Origin: Vicugna vicugna
Taxonomy: Eukaryota
NCBI GenBank assembly: GCA_013265495.1
Contig: MU058531.1
Span: 798,678-862,677, forward strand
Length of the DNA stretch: 64,000 nucleotides
Direction: 5' to 3'
Part shown: in pieces, positions 1 through 12,800 of the stretch
How the letters are laid out: each line of letters begins with the position of its first letter
How positions within the stretch are numbered: the stretch's first letter is position 1
Notes under the pieces: model-generated
Told to the model about the DNA's origin: nothing
Databases searched by the model: none
What the model saw: the letters and a program-made list of their open reading frames with translations, nothing else
Translations under genes and position numbers: made by a program

Positions 1-1270
1 GAAAGAAGGAAATTGATCCCAGAGGGAAACATGGAAATGCAACAAAGTAGGAAAAGCTGTGGAAAATATGTGAGTAAACACTAATACACAGTGTCTGCAT
101 CGTGTCTTGTGTGGTTTTGTTAGAGCAGGCAGCTAGCTAGATATGAGCAGAGAAAGGAGGACACAGACCAAATGGCAGGAACTGGGCAGAAAGGAGGGGC
201 ACAGGCCAAATGCAGGAAACCACACGTCATGTAAGCAGCAGGGATCCTTGGGCAGAGAAAGCAGGAACCTTGGGGCTGATAAGGGATCATGCCTTTTGGG
301 ATGACAAGTGGCCTGGAGAAGAACAAAGAAAGGTGAGAAAAGGCAGAAGTTTCTAGTGTCCAAATGTAACCTTTTGCTCATTATGCCCTCATTTCAATAA
401 AATTAGCCTTGCAGATCAGAAGTACCCATCATGCACCGATGCCATGACACTTCCGATCCCGACTAAATAAGGACAACAATCCCTCTTCCCTTTGGGAAGG
501 TGGAGTTGGAATGATTATCAGGGAATATGACCCCAAACCCTTCCCTCCCCAGTGAATATTCCGCCCATTCATTTTTACACCCTATGTAACTAACTTGCCA
601 AAGAAACTCAGAACAGCTGCTCACCTGAGCCTGCCCGCTCTCCCCTGAGAGTGTACTATCCATCCTTTAATAAATCCTCACTTTATCTTTTTTAACCTCT
701 AAGTCTTGTCTCTGAATTCTTTCTGGGACAGGACAAGAACCTGGAACACCGGTTGCATCTATCAGCAACAGTTTAAACAGAATTAAAACAGAGCTACAAT
801 GCATGAACACAGTAACAGATGGGGGTGATGATTTGAAATGCTTATTCATCTAACTATACATGAAAACAAACTTATAAAGAATGATGGACAAATATACAAA
901 TTCACAGATTAACACCATAGTCTGAATAATTAATATAAAAAGTAGAAAGAAAGTCAGTAAGGACATGGGTTTGAGCAACATCAAACAACTTGACCCAACT
1001 GACATTTGTAGAACACACCATCTGACATTTGTAGATCTAAAAAGAGGAGATCTTTTTACGTATATCTGGTACATTTATCAAGATAAACCATTCAAAAGTC
1101 TGAATAAATTTTAAGATTCAAGTCACGGAAAGTTTTTTTTTTTTTAATCAGAACAACAACAAAAATATGAAATAGATGGAGGAAAGCTATCTGGGAAAAT
1201 TCCAAGTATTTGGAAACTAAAACAGTTCTCAATCGCCCACAGGTCAAAGAGTAAGTCAAAAGGGAATTCA
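1..1270 (+). mobile_element. Old L1 fragments (end of ORF1/inter-ORF to ORF2 endonuclease region), interrupted by an LTR
   Basis: A-rich L1-like text such as 'agaaagaaagtcagtaaggacat...caacttgacccaactgacatttgtagaaca' and 'ggtcaaagagtaagtcaaaagggaatt'; no intact frame. Confidence 0.7.
118..770 (+). mobile_element. ERV1-class solo LTR
   Basis: TG...CA termini (tgttagag...gcaaca), perfect 4-bp TSD gttt (114-117 / 771-774), AATAAA near 669, and imperfect tandem U3 repeats 'gcagaaaggagg..cacag.ccaaatg.caggaa' at about 147-230. Confidence 0.9.
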
Positions 1271-2461
1271 GGAGTGACATCAGCAAGACGATGGTATAGG
1301 AATTTCTAGCACTGCCCCCATCTCCCCCAGGACATCAGTTTGAACAACTATCCACACACAGAAACTTCTTCACAAGAGCTAAGGATTCCAGGTGCAGGAT
1401 TACAGTGCCTGGGTGGAATGCAGAAGTAAAAGACACATTGAAGAAGGTAGGAAAGACGGTTTCACATTGCCTGTCACACCTCCTGCAAGCCCAGGCAGCC
1501 TAGAACAGAGAAACATCCTCTCCATGGGAGGAGGAGAGTGGAGTGTCACCTTCATCCCAGCAAGGCCGACACCAGCGCCAGGTGACTCCTATAGCCCCAG
1601 GCTGCCAGCCCCGACCCCCAGCACCAGCCAGCTTTTATGGCCCCAGGCTCCCAGCTGGCCCCAGGGAACCTAGGCTCCAAGTGGACTCCTACAAACCCAA
1701 GCTCCCTACCAGCCCTAGCACCAGGCCTACTACTTTGTCCCCAGGCTCCTGACCCACCCAAGTACCAGACCGGCTCCTGCAGCCCCAGGCCCATGCCTAC
1801 CCCAACACCAGGCCAGTTCCCCCAGCCCCAGGGCCTGGGCCTGCCCCAGCACCAGGCTGGCCTTGTCATAGACCCAGCCTCCACTCTACATTCTGCAGAC
1901 ACAGGCTCGCAGGCCTGCCACAGTCCCAGGCCAGCCCCAGTAGTACCAGCCTCCACACCAGCTACCAGGGACCCAGGCTCCCTCCCCAGCAGATCCAAGC
2001 ACCAGGCTGGCCCCCATGAACCCAAGTACCAGGTGTGTCTACCTGCTGATGCAGGTACCAGACCTTGCCTGCCCACTGTCAGAATGGCTATCATCAAGAA
2101 CACAAATAACAAATGCTGGCAAGGATGTGGAGAAAACGTAACCCTAGTGTACTGTTGGTGGGAATGTAAATTGATGCAGTCACTATGGAAAACACTAAGA
2201 AAGTTCCTCAAAAAATTAAAAATAGAACTACCATATGACCTAGCTATTCCACTCCTGGGTATTTATCTGAAGAAAATTAAAACATTAACTAGAAAAGATA
2301 TAGTCACCCCTATGTTCGCTGCAGCATTATTTGCTATTGCTAAGAAATGGAAGTGTCCATCAACAGATGAAAGGGTAGAGAAGATGTGGTGTGGGTGCAT
2401 GTATGGGGAGATGCTGGTCAAGAGTACAGACTTTCAGTACAAGATAAAGAAAGTTCTAGGG
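1271..2461 (+). mobile_element. Internally deleted L1 (L1MA9/L1M3-like): 5' UTR with GC-rich repeats joined directly to the ORF2 C-terminus and a 3' UTR piece
   Basis: Starts 'ggagtgacatcagcaaga'; C-rich 'ccaggc.cc...ccc' repeats run about 1570-2075; then sequence encoding L1 ORF2 C-terminal residues ([53 protein letters not shown]) and an L1MA-type 3' UTR 'ggagatgctggtcaagagtacagactttcag'. Confidence 0.85.
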
Positions 2462-2930
2462 CTGCAAACAACCTAAATGAAATACTAGCAAAATTTAGCA
2501 ATAAATGTGCACATTATAACAAATTTGTATTTATAGAAAATATTCAGGGTTGGTTTACATACAGAAAGTTGAGTAATATAAATTACCACTAAGAAAAACC
2601 AAACCATCAATACAATAGATGCTGGAAATGAATTCCATAGAAGTCAATACCATAATTAATGGCTCTTAGTAACCTATGCATAGAAGGAAACTTCCTTTAT
2701 CAAACAGAGTATGTGCCAAAAACCTACAGCAACTACTTAATGGAGAACTGCTTAGAGCACTTGCTTTAAAATTAAGAACAAGTTGAGAATGCTCATCATC
2801 ACCTCTTCTTTCTAAAATTATATTAGAGCTATTCTCCAGTCAGATGGGACAAGAAAAATAAGATGATGTAGAAAGATTAAAAAGGCAAAAAGCTTTCATT
2901 TTTCAATAGAAACCTCAAAACAGACATTTT

Positions 2931-3270
2931 TTTTTACTAAAGTATAGATGATTTACAATATTTTATTAGTTTTAAGTATACAGTGTAGTGATTCAGTTTT
3001 ACAGATTATACTCCATTAAGTTATTTTAAGATAATAGCTGTAATTGCCTGTGCTATACAGTATATCCTTGTTTCTTATCCGCTTTATACATAGTAGTCTG
3101 CATCTTTTAATCCCATACCTCTTATTTGCCTCTCCCCACACCTCCTTCTCCCCTTTATTAACCACCAGTTTTTTCCTATACCCATGAGCCTATTTCTGTT
3201 TTGCACATACACTTATTTGTATTTTTTGTAATTCTACATATAAGGAATATCATATAGTATCTGTCTTCAT
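2931..3270 (-). mobile_element. 5'-truncated L1 3' end (cetartiodactyl type)
   Basis: Poly-T start followed by 'aagtatagatgatttacaatat...gtgctatacagtatatccttg'; flanked by an 11-bp TSD acagacatttt (2920-2930 / 3271-3281). Confidence 0.9.
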
Positions 3271-3975
3271 ACAGACATTTTAGACTTATTAGATATTGAG
3301 TTCAGCAAAGATCTTATATACAAGATCAATTTATAAGAATCATTTGCATGTCTGTTTCCCAGAATAGAAAATTAACCTTTTGAAATAAACAATTTAGAAA
3401 TTTGATATGTCTGACCTTCAAGGAGAAATATAAAACTTTTTGAATTATATAATAAATAAATAAGGACCATTACTATACACATGTATAACAGGACAAGATA
3501 TTATGAAGATGACAATTCTGCCCAAACTATTCTACAAATTCAGTTCCATTACAAAGAAATTCCAATAGGATTTTGTAAGTTCTTAAACTGATTCAAATTT
3601 ATATGAAAGAATAAAAGACAATAAACAATAGTTTCTAAGAACAATGTGGGGAGAATTTTTTAAAAGCTGTAACAATTAATAAAAATTTCAGTGTGACAGA
3701 ATAGGCAGCTCTGAAATAGAATCATGCATATGTGAAAATTTAATTTGTAACAAATGTAGCATTTCAGATCAATGATAAGAAGAAAAATACTGTGTGCTAG
3801 AATAATTAGAATCGAATTAGGTTATTTCCTTATACACTGAGCAGAAATCAATTCCAGATGTACTGAAGCCACCACTGTGTAAAGCCAACTCAAATTTATA
3901 AAGACTGTCTTTCATTTAGTGATGGATATTTACATTAGATTTAAAAAATATAAAAGGGAAATACTGATAAATCTA

Positions 3976-4535
3976 TGTGGCAGATCCTATTTTCCAAATA
4001 TGACTGCAACAATGTTCTCTACTCCACATGCTCCTCTTTACCATGTGACCTTGACACTCCTCTCATTCAGAGATGAGGTCTATGTCTTCTCTCTTTGAAA
4101 ATGGGGGGGCTTTTGTGGCTGTTTTTGACCAAAAATACAGCAGAATTGACAACAAAATTCCAAGGCTAGGTCATTAAAGGAAATATAGTTCTCACCGTGC
4201 TTGCATAAACACACACTGGAGCCTCAAATTGCCAAGCAAGAAGCCTGACTACCCCGTGCCATCATGCTGTCAAGAAACCTAAGCAGAATCCCACAGAGGC
4301 ATCACAAGGGCAAGTTCTGAGACCACACGAAGAAAGAGCAATGTCCAGTCAGCTCCCCATTGTGCCAGTTCCAGCCACCATCCCTTTGCAACCACACAAA
4401 AAGTCTTCAGTCAGGGCACTCAGCTGAGCCCTTCCCAAATTCCAACCCAGAAAAACCAAGGGATGTAATAACCTGTTATTGCTTTAAGCCACTAACTCAT
4501 GGGATGCCCTTCACACAATACTAAAAGCTGGAACA
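3976..4535 (+). mobile_element. MaLR solo LTR (MLT1G/H-like)
   Basis: tgtggcag...ggaaca termini, MLT1 motifs ('caaggctaggtcattaaagg', 'ttaagccactaa'), and 5-bp TSD atcta/atctg. Confidence 0.85.
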
Positions 4536-6010
4536 ATCTGGCTATATTAAAACCAATAGATGAATTTGGATGAATTTCCATTCATCCAAAATACCATAAA
4601 GAATGGAAAGATAACCTACAGATTATAAAATGATATTTGCAACCATTCAACCAACCAAACACTGCATGCAGTGCATGCAAAGAACTTCTCCAATTAATAA
4701 GAAGGCAAACATCCAAATAGAAAAATAGGTAAAGGATATAACAGCCAATTCAGGTGACCTATACCACTAGAATGGCAAATACCACGTGAAAAGTTGCTCA
4801 ATTTAGCCAGCAAATAGGACAATATAAAAGAAAATCAAAAAGATACCATTTCACTTTCTCATATCACAAGAACTTTAAAGTCCAACAATAACAAACATTG
4901 GCAAAATATGGAGACTTGGGGAAACTTTCCTACACTGCTGGTGGGTGGGTAAACTGATGTGATCAATTTTGACAATTAACGTTGCAGGCACACAGTTGAT
5001 GAGTCAGAAATTCCACTCCCACGTACAAATCCTGGAGAATTTCACCCGCCTGTATAGCAGGAAATGCATATGAAAATGTTCATGACAAAACTGTGTTCAA
5101 CAACAACAAAATAAACCCCTATCAATCATAATATCCAATGCAAGAAAATCAGTCATTGAGAATATTTATAACAAGACTGATACATAACAAAGACAGTGGG
5201 TGAACTAGAGCTATGTGTGCTTCAACATGGGTGAATCTCAAACATGTTGAACAAAAGATGTGAGACGAACCATAGATATGAAGCTCTTCATATGAAATTT
5301 AAAACCATTCAAAGCAGCACGATGCACTGCTTTCTGAGATTTAAATATGTATGAAAGTGTAAATAAATGTGTGAGAAAGAAACACCAAATTCAGGATAAT
5401 GGTTACCTCTGGGAAGGAGAAAGGCAGGGATCAGCCAGTACCACAGAAAGGGAATCTGGGTTGTCAATATAAAGTAGTTGTAGGTATGTTAACATTTGTT
5501 ACATTTTTCTTTAGATTTTTGGGTGTCTTTAGTATTATGTAATCAATCTGATACCTTCAAAAATACAAGCAAGACATGACACAGAGGGAGAAAGGTCAGC
5601 ACTGAAAATGACACTCAGGAACAGAAACATGCCTACCTGCAGTCTTAGCGTCATCCACAGAGACCCAGACATAGAGCGCTACCAAGAAATACACATACGG
5701 GGGAGACTGGGAGTCAGTGGACAAAGCAGAGGAAAGGATTGCTTGCCTGGACTCTTCCTATGGATTCCCTCCAGGCTGACATCTTCTGGCCACACTTGCA
5801 GCAAAGACAGCTCTCACTCTCACATTGGAGGGTAAAACTTGAATCAAATTTCAGCCCCTACCTGCTACCCCCCCTCATCTGTAAGTTAAAGTCTCACCCA
5901 GAAGATTCCAGACAGATGATTATGTTTCTCTATGATTCCTGTACAGAGGATCCAAAGAGGCCACAAACTGCAGAAGTACTTTTTGTATGATCTTTCACTT
6001 TTCTGTCTCA

Positions 6011-6570
6011 TGAAAAAGGAAAAAAGCAAATACTGACATCTGGGAACTGGTCTAACGCGTGCAGTTAGGCTTTGATGGTTTTTGAAGTTGGCCTGGCATT
6101 CACGTTAGGCTCTGTGATTCTGTTGGACATAAACAATCTCTTAGAACACAGCATCAGATATGCTGAGTCCATGATAAACTGAGACAAAACAAGGCCACTT
6201 CTCAACTTTGTCCAAGCACAGAAAAATGCAAAGTCATTGTACAACCCGCTTAAAGACCTAACATACCCTCTCCTGTGCTATCCTTGCTCTATTCTGTCCT
6301 TCCTATAGGTTAAGGCTGACTGAGATACCCAATTGTAGTATGTCTCTGCTTTTTGACAGCACCCAATACACAGCAAACCTTCTCTTCCTTAGACTCTCCT
6401 AAAACCACCCAACCTAAGCCCAAATCTTTTAATGGGATCTTTTTAACACCCTCTTATTGAGAAGCCCCACAATTCCTTGTGACGTTTGCTATCCCTCACT
6501 GCAATGAGTAATAAACCCAACTACAACTACAGGTACATTCCTGGTGGTATTTGGCTGGAGAGCATTGACA
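6011..6570 (+). mobile_element. ERV1-like solo LTR
   Basis: tgaaaaagg...attgaca termini and 'gcaatgagtaataaacccaac' poly(A) region; flanks ctca/cttg fit a CpG-decayed ctcg TSD. Confidence 0.75.
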
Positions 6571-9216
6571 CTTGCTATCACCTCTCTATGAGGGAAGCCG
6601 ATTACCCATTGAAGTGAAATCACAATTTCTCTAGCTGTTCAAATAGTTATGTCCACCACTTTAAAGTATGAAAACGTTGATAGGAAACAAATATTGAATG
6701 CTACTTCACATCAAAACCGTAATCATCTCATTTTCACCTCATTCCCTCTTCTTTGATCATGACAGTAAACATGTAAGTGCCTCTATTTGCTTTTATTTTT
6801 TCATCTGAGAAGACTACAAGAACCAGTTTTTTTTATGGGATGGGAGAGAATGATATAACTCATACAACATCAGACGGACAGTAAGCAGCGTACCAACAGG
6901 CATTCAAATCCAACCACCACTAAATCCAGAGTCCACACTTCATCACTGTGCCATCTGCAAGGTGATTAGTAGTCGTAGTACAGAGAAGGGAGGAAGAACA
7001 GTCCAACCAGAAAATAGCATGCATGAAAACAGAGACGAAATCGTATGAATTCGGATCTGTGACACAAGTGTTTCCATGTGGCCCAGGAATAAGCTCGGTG
7101 GACAGAGATGTTGAGAGCCATGGTTTCTGTGAGAGGAATGGTTTGGGAAGGCCAGGCAGGGTTATCTGTGTTAGGTAGCAACAACTTTGGACTCTATTTT
7201 GTAGCCAACAGAAGTTTTAAGACATGAGTGGAGGCAAAGGTGTGAGGTCATCAGGGCTATATGTTTAAGCGGTAACTGAACAGAGTAAAAGATGGATTAG
7301 AGAGGAAAAGAATTGCTAGCCTATGGAAAGCCCATTTTATGAAACATGTCTTGAAATTACCAGAAAATGGAAGAGATTACTCTATATTTAAATCTCTCCA
7401 CATCCAGGTGAGACAGCTTTGGTGTTATTCTAACACCCATGGGTTTTAAACAACCATAGTAAGCTTTCATAGCTCAGGCAGTGTTCATGCCGCTCAGTGA
7501 AATTATGAGTTCTAATTAGGGTTTAATTAGAAAGCGAAAGCAGCTTAGTTAGAACAAGGCTTTCTATAGCTAGTTACAGAGCTTCATCTGCATCTTCGTC
7601 ATAAATTTTTAAAACCCTCTACATGCTGAATTAAGGAAGATGGTCATTTTGAATATATTCTGCAAAACTCGTGGGTTGCATGAATCACCACTAGGAAATA
7701 TTGGAGAGAAATACCACAGAGGAGCCCCTGCATTTGTATTCATGCTTCCCTTCCTAAGCCCTATGTAAAGCCTGCACCCAGAAGACCAAGGTAATAGATT
7801 TTATCTTGATTAAACTTAACACTGATCAAATAATAGGGACTGAAAAGAATGGGATTTTGAGAAGATACGTCTCGGCACAGCAGGGAAGAGTACTGGGAAA
7901 TGTTTGGTTAGTTGAGTTACAAGAAAGGTGAGTGGTGGCATCACGGGTAGTGACTAAACACCTGGAAGTAGTCTCTCCAGGCAGAAGACACAGCCATCAG
8001 AACAGGGGCTACCACACAGCCTCAGAAATGCTTGGTTTATTTATGCTGCCCAATAGACCTTACAATTGTTTTCTATACTTCCTTATATAAGACGACCTCT
8101 CTCTCCTAGTTGGCTAGAAGCACTCACATTGCCTCTAGAAGAATTAAATTCCTCACAGCAAGAAAATCAAGAAAAACAGTAAATGTTGAGTTTTTTTTTC
8201 ACTCCTAAAATAGACTTTAAGCTATTAACAAAAGCAATCATTCTGAAAGTAAAAAACTTCTGAATCATAAGAAAGGGCTTTGCTGAAGGAAAAGGCTCTT
8301 GAGAATCAAAGGGAAAGCTCTGAAAGAGACAGGGCATAACCAGAAATTGGAAAGGCAGTGGAAGACAGACTCCCCAGACTAAGTGAGGGGGACATGGTCT
8401 GGGAGAGATGGGGTGAGCTTGGAAGAGGCTGCTTGGACCACAAAGACACTGGCCTCATGGAAAGGAGCAGATTTGGCAGCCTGTTGGCCTGGTAAGAGAT
8501 GTATTAGTTTAAGTAATATATGCATAAAATAAAGTTATTGAGAAGTTTGTGTTAAATTATTTTATGTGCTTGAAAATATGTTGCACGCTTTGTCAGTTGA
8601 ACTTGAACACACAAAGTGCATGTTTCAGTAGAGCATTTCAGAGTCACAATGATACATATGAAGACACAGGAGAGAGAAGGTGGAAGTGTCTGTTCTGGAC
8701 TGAGCCATGAGAATCATCAGAGCCACCAAGTCAGGTGGCATTTGGCCATGTGAATGGAGATCTAGCACCCTCTAGTCTGCCCTCCCCAACCCCACTTACA
8801 TAGCACCTCTTTTCACAGTGATAACATTATAATGAGCTTTGAGGGGAGTGGCATAAGAATAGAGTAAAATCGTAAGAGATTAACTGGCCAAAGGGAAATC
8901 CCAAGACTGTCCTGAGATCATCTTGGACACATAGCTAGCTGCCTGTAATCCCTCCGGCATGATGACAACCAGTACCAAATAAACGCATGAACTTATAAAT
9001 TCATTGCATTTCCTATCTGTTGGCATTACTGCTGGGAAAGAAATTCTAGAGCTGAGGTCATACATTATAAATTCACCATCTATCATCACCATGTTTTTTA
9101 TGAATGGGACAAAAAGTATCCTTTACATTGAATAAAATTTAGCTTTATGAAAAACTTACTATTATACTTATTTTCCACCTTGTGCCTCTTAGTAGTGAGA
9201 ACACTGTCTTACATTT

Positions 9217-9580
9217 TGTGCAGAGGCATTCTGAAGAATACTGCCAAGAGAGACAGCTGTAATAAAGTGAGGAAGGCAAGACTGGGCTGAAGGTGAAGTT
9301 GACCTGCAATGCTGTTGCAACTGAACCTCATTCAGTCCTACAAGGAGTTCTGGACTCAAGTGACCCTTCAGAGTTATCCCAAATTGAACATGGGGGAAGG
9401 GTCTTCATGTTCTGCCTCAATAAGTCATAGATTACGGGCCATCTCCTCCAGGAAGTGCAACTTCAGGTGGGGCAGTTCCCAACAGCTGAGGGTAATTTCA
9501 GTGGAGGGCATAGCCATGGTCCATTGGAAGCCAGTATCTCCTGGGGGATAAGTGTGTCAGTGCTGATGGGAGGAGCCAGC
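9217..9580 (-). mobile_element. Old ERVL LTR fragment (LTR33/LTR16-like)
   Basis: 'gactgggctgaaggtgaagttgacctgcaatgctgttgcaac...cccttcagagttatcccaaattg' resembles recalled ERVL LTR consensus; boundaries approximate. Confidence 0.6.
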
Positions 9581-11299
9581 AAAGAGTCTAAATATACAAG
9601 TTCCACATGAAGCACAGTCAGTCCAAGTACTAACATTAGAAACTACTGTCTGGGCAGATCTTCACTTTTCCCTTTTACAAATTCTCAGTGCAGTACAGGC
9701 AAGGTCTCCCATTATGGCTCCACCAGCATACCCGCTTTCATATACAAACCTCAGTCCTCGACTGTGAGCTACTGGAGAAATCCGAGTCTGCCTGGAAAGG
9801 GATAGATGACCACACTGAGGGAAGGGGAACTTCCATCTGCTTGGCTAGCTAGCAAATCTTGAGACCGTGAAAGAGGATAAAAGGAATGGGAGATTTTTCA
9901 CTTTTCTTATCCCTAGGATTTCATGTGCAAATAAATATAAGTCACTTCTGCTGTATTGTAAGGTCAGCCCTGACAACTGTGGTAGGAATACTGAGTGGCT
10001 GACTGGTGTCCCTGTGAATTGCAGGAGCAGGAATACTGGATTCCAGCAGTGGTGGTGCATGCTGAGGGGCACATCTTCCCTGTCTTGCATCCTTTTAATC
10101 GTCAATAGAAATCAATTTGTTGGCTTCCAGAAGTTATTATTGTAATGGCTTCCTTCAGTTCAACTCCAAGCTCTACAACTCAGTGGATACACTACTACAT
10201 CTTAGTAGATAGACACACTAAGGATAAAAAGTGTGATTTGGGAGAAAAGTTTGAAATGTTTCTGGATATATATACTCATGCATATGACTTTAACCTTGTA
10301 AATTCTCTCTCAATCTATTTTTACTTCAGTGTTGTCTCTTAAGACCTATGATTTCTTCTGCTGATGAAATGTTAATTTGCAGTTTAGAAATTATTTGTAT
10401 TTAATTTTTTTTCTTTTGGTTTAATTTAAGGTAAATTCAGTACATTTTTTAAAAAGTAGTATAGACTGATGCCATTTTTCTTAAATTACTTCCTGCTACT
10501 GATCTAGTCATCTTCCCCTTTCTGAATACATCCAGAGTTCTATTTATCATTAAATATTAGCAAAATTCACTCAAGATTCTTCTGTGTTGGAATTTTAAAT
10601 GATGTTTTACTTCTCCATATTTTTCCATTGCTTGCATTTTAAAAATAAGCTTATATCATTTTTATAAAACAGTAAGATAAATGATAATATTACAATTTAA
10701 GAAGAAAATAGAGGAGGAGAAATATTAAAGGATGAGCTCCTTTAAACCTTATTTCAGTGTAAACAAGATTATCTTTTTATTCCCATTTACTTACTTCAAC
10801 CTCAAGGCTGGTATGACGCAGGGCAGTCCTGTGTTTGATCCAAGAGAACATGTGAAAACTGAACTAGTCAGAAACATAGGGCTATGAAGTAGGGCTCTTT
10901 TTACTTCTACTTCTTAAATTATTGTCTTAATTTGTATATTTCCTCAAAATAAGCCTCCTGGAGGGAATATAAAATATGGATGCCAAGATGGTGTGATTCA
11001 AATGAGCCCCTACTGGGGTCACACTTGAAGCCACAGATTAATGAACTAACTCAAAGGAAGAGCAAATTTTAATTTAACGACTAGGTTAAGGATTACTTTT
11101 CTTCATGTTTCTTGCTCTGCTTTTGGCATTCTGCATTTTTTTTTTAAACTACAAAAACCATTTTAGAGATGTAGAGAAAATGCTTATGAGGAATAAAATG
11201 ATTCAATTTCATTTCCCAGAGGCAACTGACATTAACATTTTAGTTTAATTTCAGGGTTTTTTCCTAAGTATTTTGGTTGGCACGAGATTAAACTGAGTA

Positions 11300-12800
11300 A
11301 GAAATGTTTACATTGTTTTCCCCATATAATGTGATATATTGAAAAGTTCTTATGCACATCAACTCTTTTATTGTACAAATAGATGATCATTGAAGAAATC
11401 AGAAACTATAAATTAAAAAATCACCCTCCCACCTACATATACAATTCTGTCATACTTCCAAAAATTTTTAAAAGTGAAATTATATAAAACCTTCGGACCA
11501 GTTTCTTATTTAACAATAGATCATAAACATCCTAGGTACCTCTAATTTTTTGTTATTAAAGAACTGAAATTAAATTGTTTTAAGGTATATCCTGGCTTAT
11601 ATTCAACACTTGTTGTCCAATTATTTCCTCAGGGGTATATGTCTGGAGGTGAAATTGCTGAGCCAAACTGTAGAAACATTTAAGAGTTATTTCCAAGACT
11701 TCTGAAATGTTACACTAACGTATAGTTGTATTAAAAGTATATGTTATATTGTCTCACACACTCTTAGTAATTTTGAGTATCATTACTAAGTTTAGCTTTC
11801 TAATTCAGTAAGACGTGTTATTTCTCATTGTCCTAATTTTCAAGTCTTTGATTACCATTCTATCAAGGCTAAATAATCTCATGGAATTACTGACTCTATT
11901 TTTCTTCTATTTCCAGGATTTACTTATCTTTTTGATATATTTGTTATCAGTTCATATTATTTTAAAATAGTCATAATATTACTACTTTATTTATATTGTA
12001 ATATATTTATATTTTTAATATATTTATAGGTTTTATTTTTCTTATCTAATTGAATTGGCTAACATTACAAAAGTGAAGATAATAATTGGTAATAACAGAA
12101 CCTTTGTCCTCCTCCTGGTTTTAAAGAGAATAAATCTAGTCTTCCAACAATTAAAACATATCTGGTCATTGGAGATTATTTTTATTATATCAATTTCATC
12201 TAACCCTATTCTAGTAAACTTAGTTTTAAATCAGGATGTATTTCAAATTTCAAATACCTTTTAAGCACCTATCAAGATACTATATTTCTTCATTTTTATT
12301 GATAATATAAAAAACATCCAGTTACTTTTTCTAATGCTGAATTTCGCTGCCTTCTTGAAACTCACCCTCCTTGGCATTGGATGTTTGAATCTGTGCCATC
12401 TGTTCTGTTCTCATTGTTAAAAATACCAGCTGCGCATTTATTAGACCACCCTCATTTAACTTTTATATTATTATAAAAACTTTACTCTTTTCTTCATTTT
12501 AGGTGATTTTCTAAGCCATTCACCCTATCTTTGCTAGAGTTTGTTATTTTTCTACTTTTTGTTTTCATTGTGTAATGTCTAAGGTTTCACTTCCATTTAT
12601 TGTTTGAGCTTTTCCAACTGGCTTTTCAGATTATCCAGTTAACATATAATATTCCTTAGCTTTTCTTATTTTGAGAATAACTTTATCCATCCTATGTTAG
12701 GGTAGCAAAGAGTATAGAGCATTACTGAGCTGAACCGTTCCTATGCTTTTTGGGGCAATTCATTTTACAATGGATATTGTTCATTTCCTCTTGTTTAATA
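11300..12800 (-). mobile_element. Highly degraded antisense L1 fragments
   Basis: T-rich sequence with L1 antisense motifs ('ggaggtgaaattgctgag', 'aatcaggatgtatttcaaatttcaaatacctttt'); boundaries approximate. Confidence 0.55.

Larger units (their letters stand above)
2462..5560 (+). mobile_element. Ancient L1 (L1ME-like) ORF2 and 3' UTR remnant hosting nested insertions
   Basis: Collinear degenerate L1 ORF2 pieces ('atagaaggaaacttcc', 'gttcagcaaag..tacaagatcaat', 'tacactgctggtgggtgggtaaactg') and 3' UTR ('caccaaattcaggataatggttacctctggg'). Confidence 0.75.

Noticed and set aside
1570..2075. CRISPR-like or functional tandem array
   Set aside because: Degenerate C-rich repeats without unique spacers, typical of old L1 5' regions in a mammalian genome.
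1552..2211. 219-aa minus-strand ORF
   Set aside because: Antisense reading of the same GC-rich L1 sequence; no independent evidence.
1637..2476. 279-aa ORF as a genuine host protein-coding gene
   Set aside because: Entirely L1-derived (5' UTR repeats plus ORF2 C-terminus); kept only as a curiosity among the findings.
4660..4673. 14-bp perfect palindrome cactgcatgcagtg
   Set aside because: Inside degraded L1; a palindrome of this size is expected a few times by chance in 64 kb.
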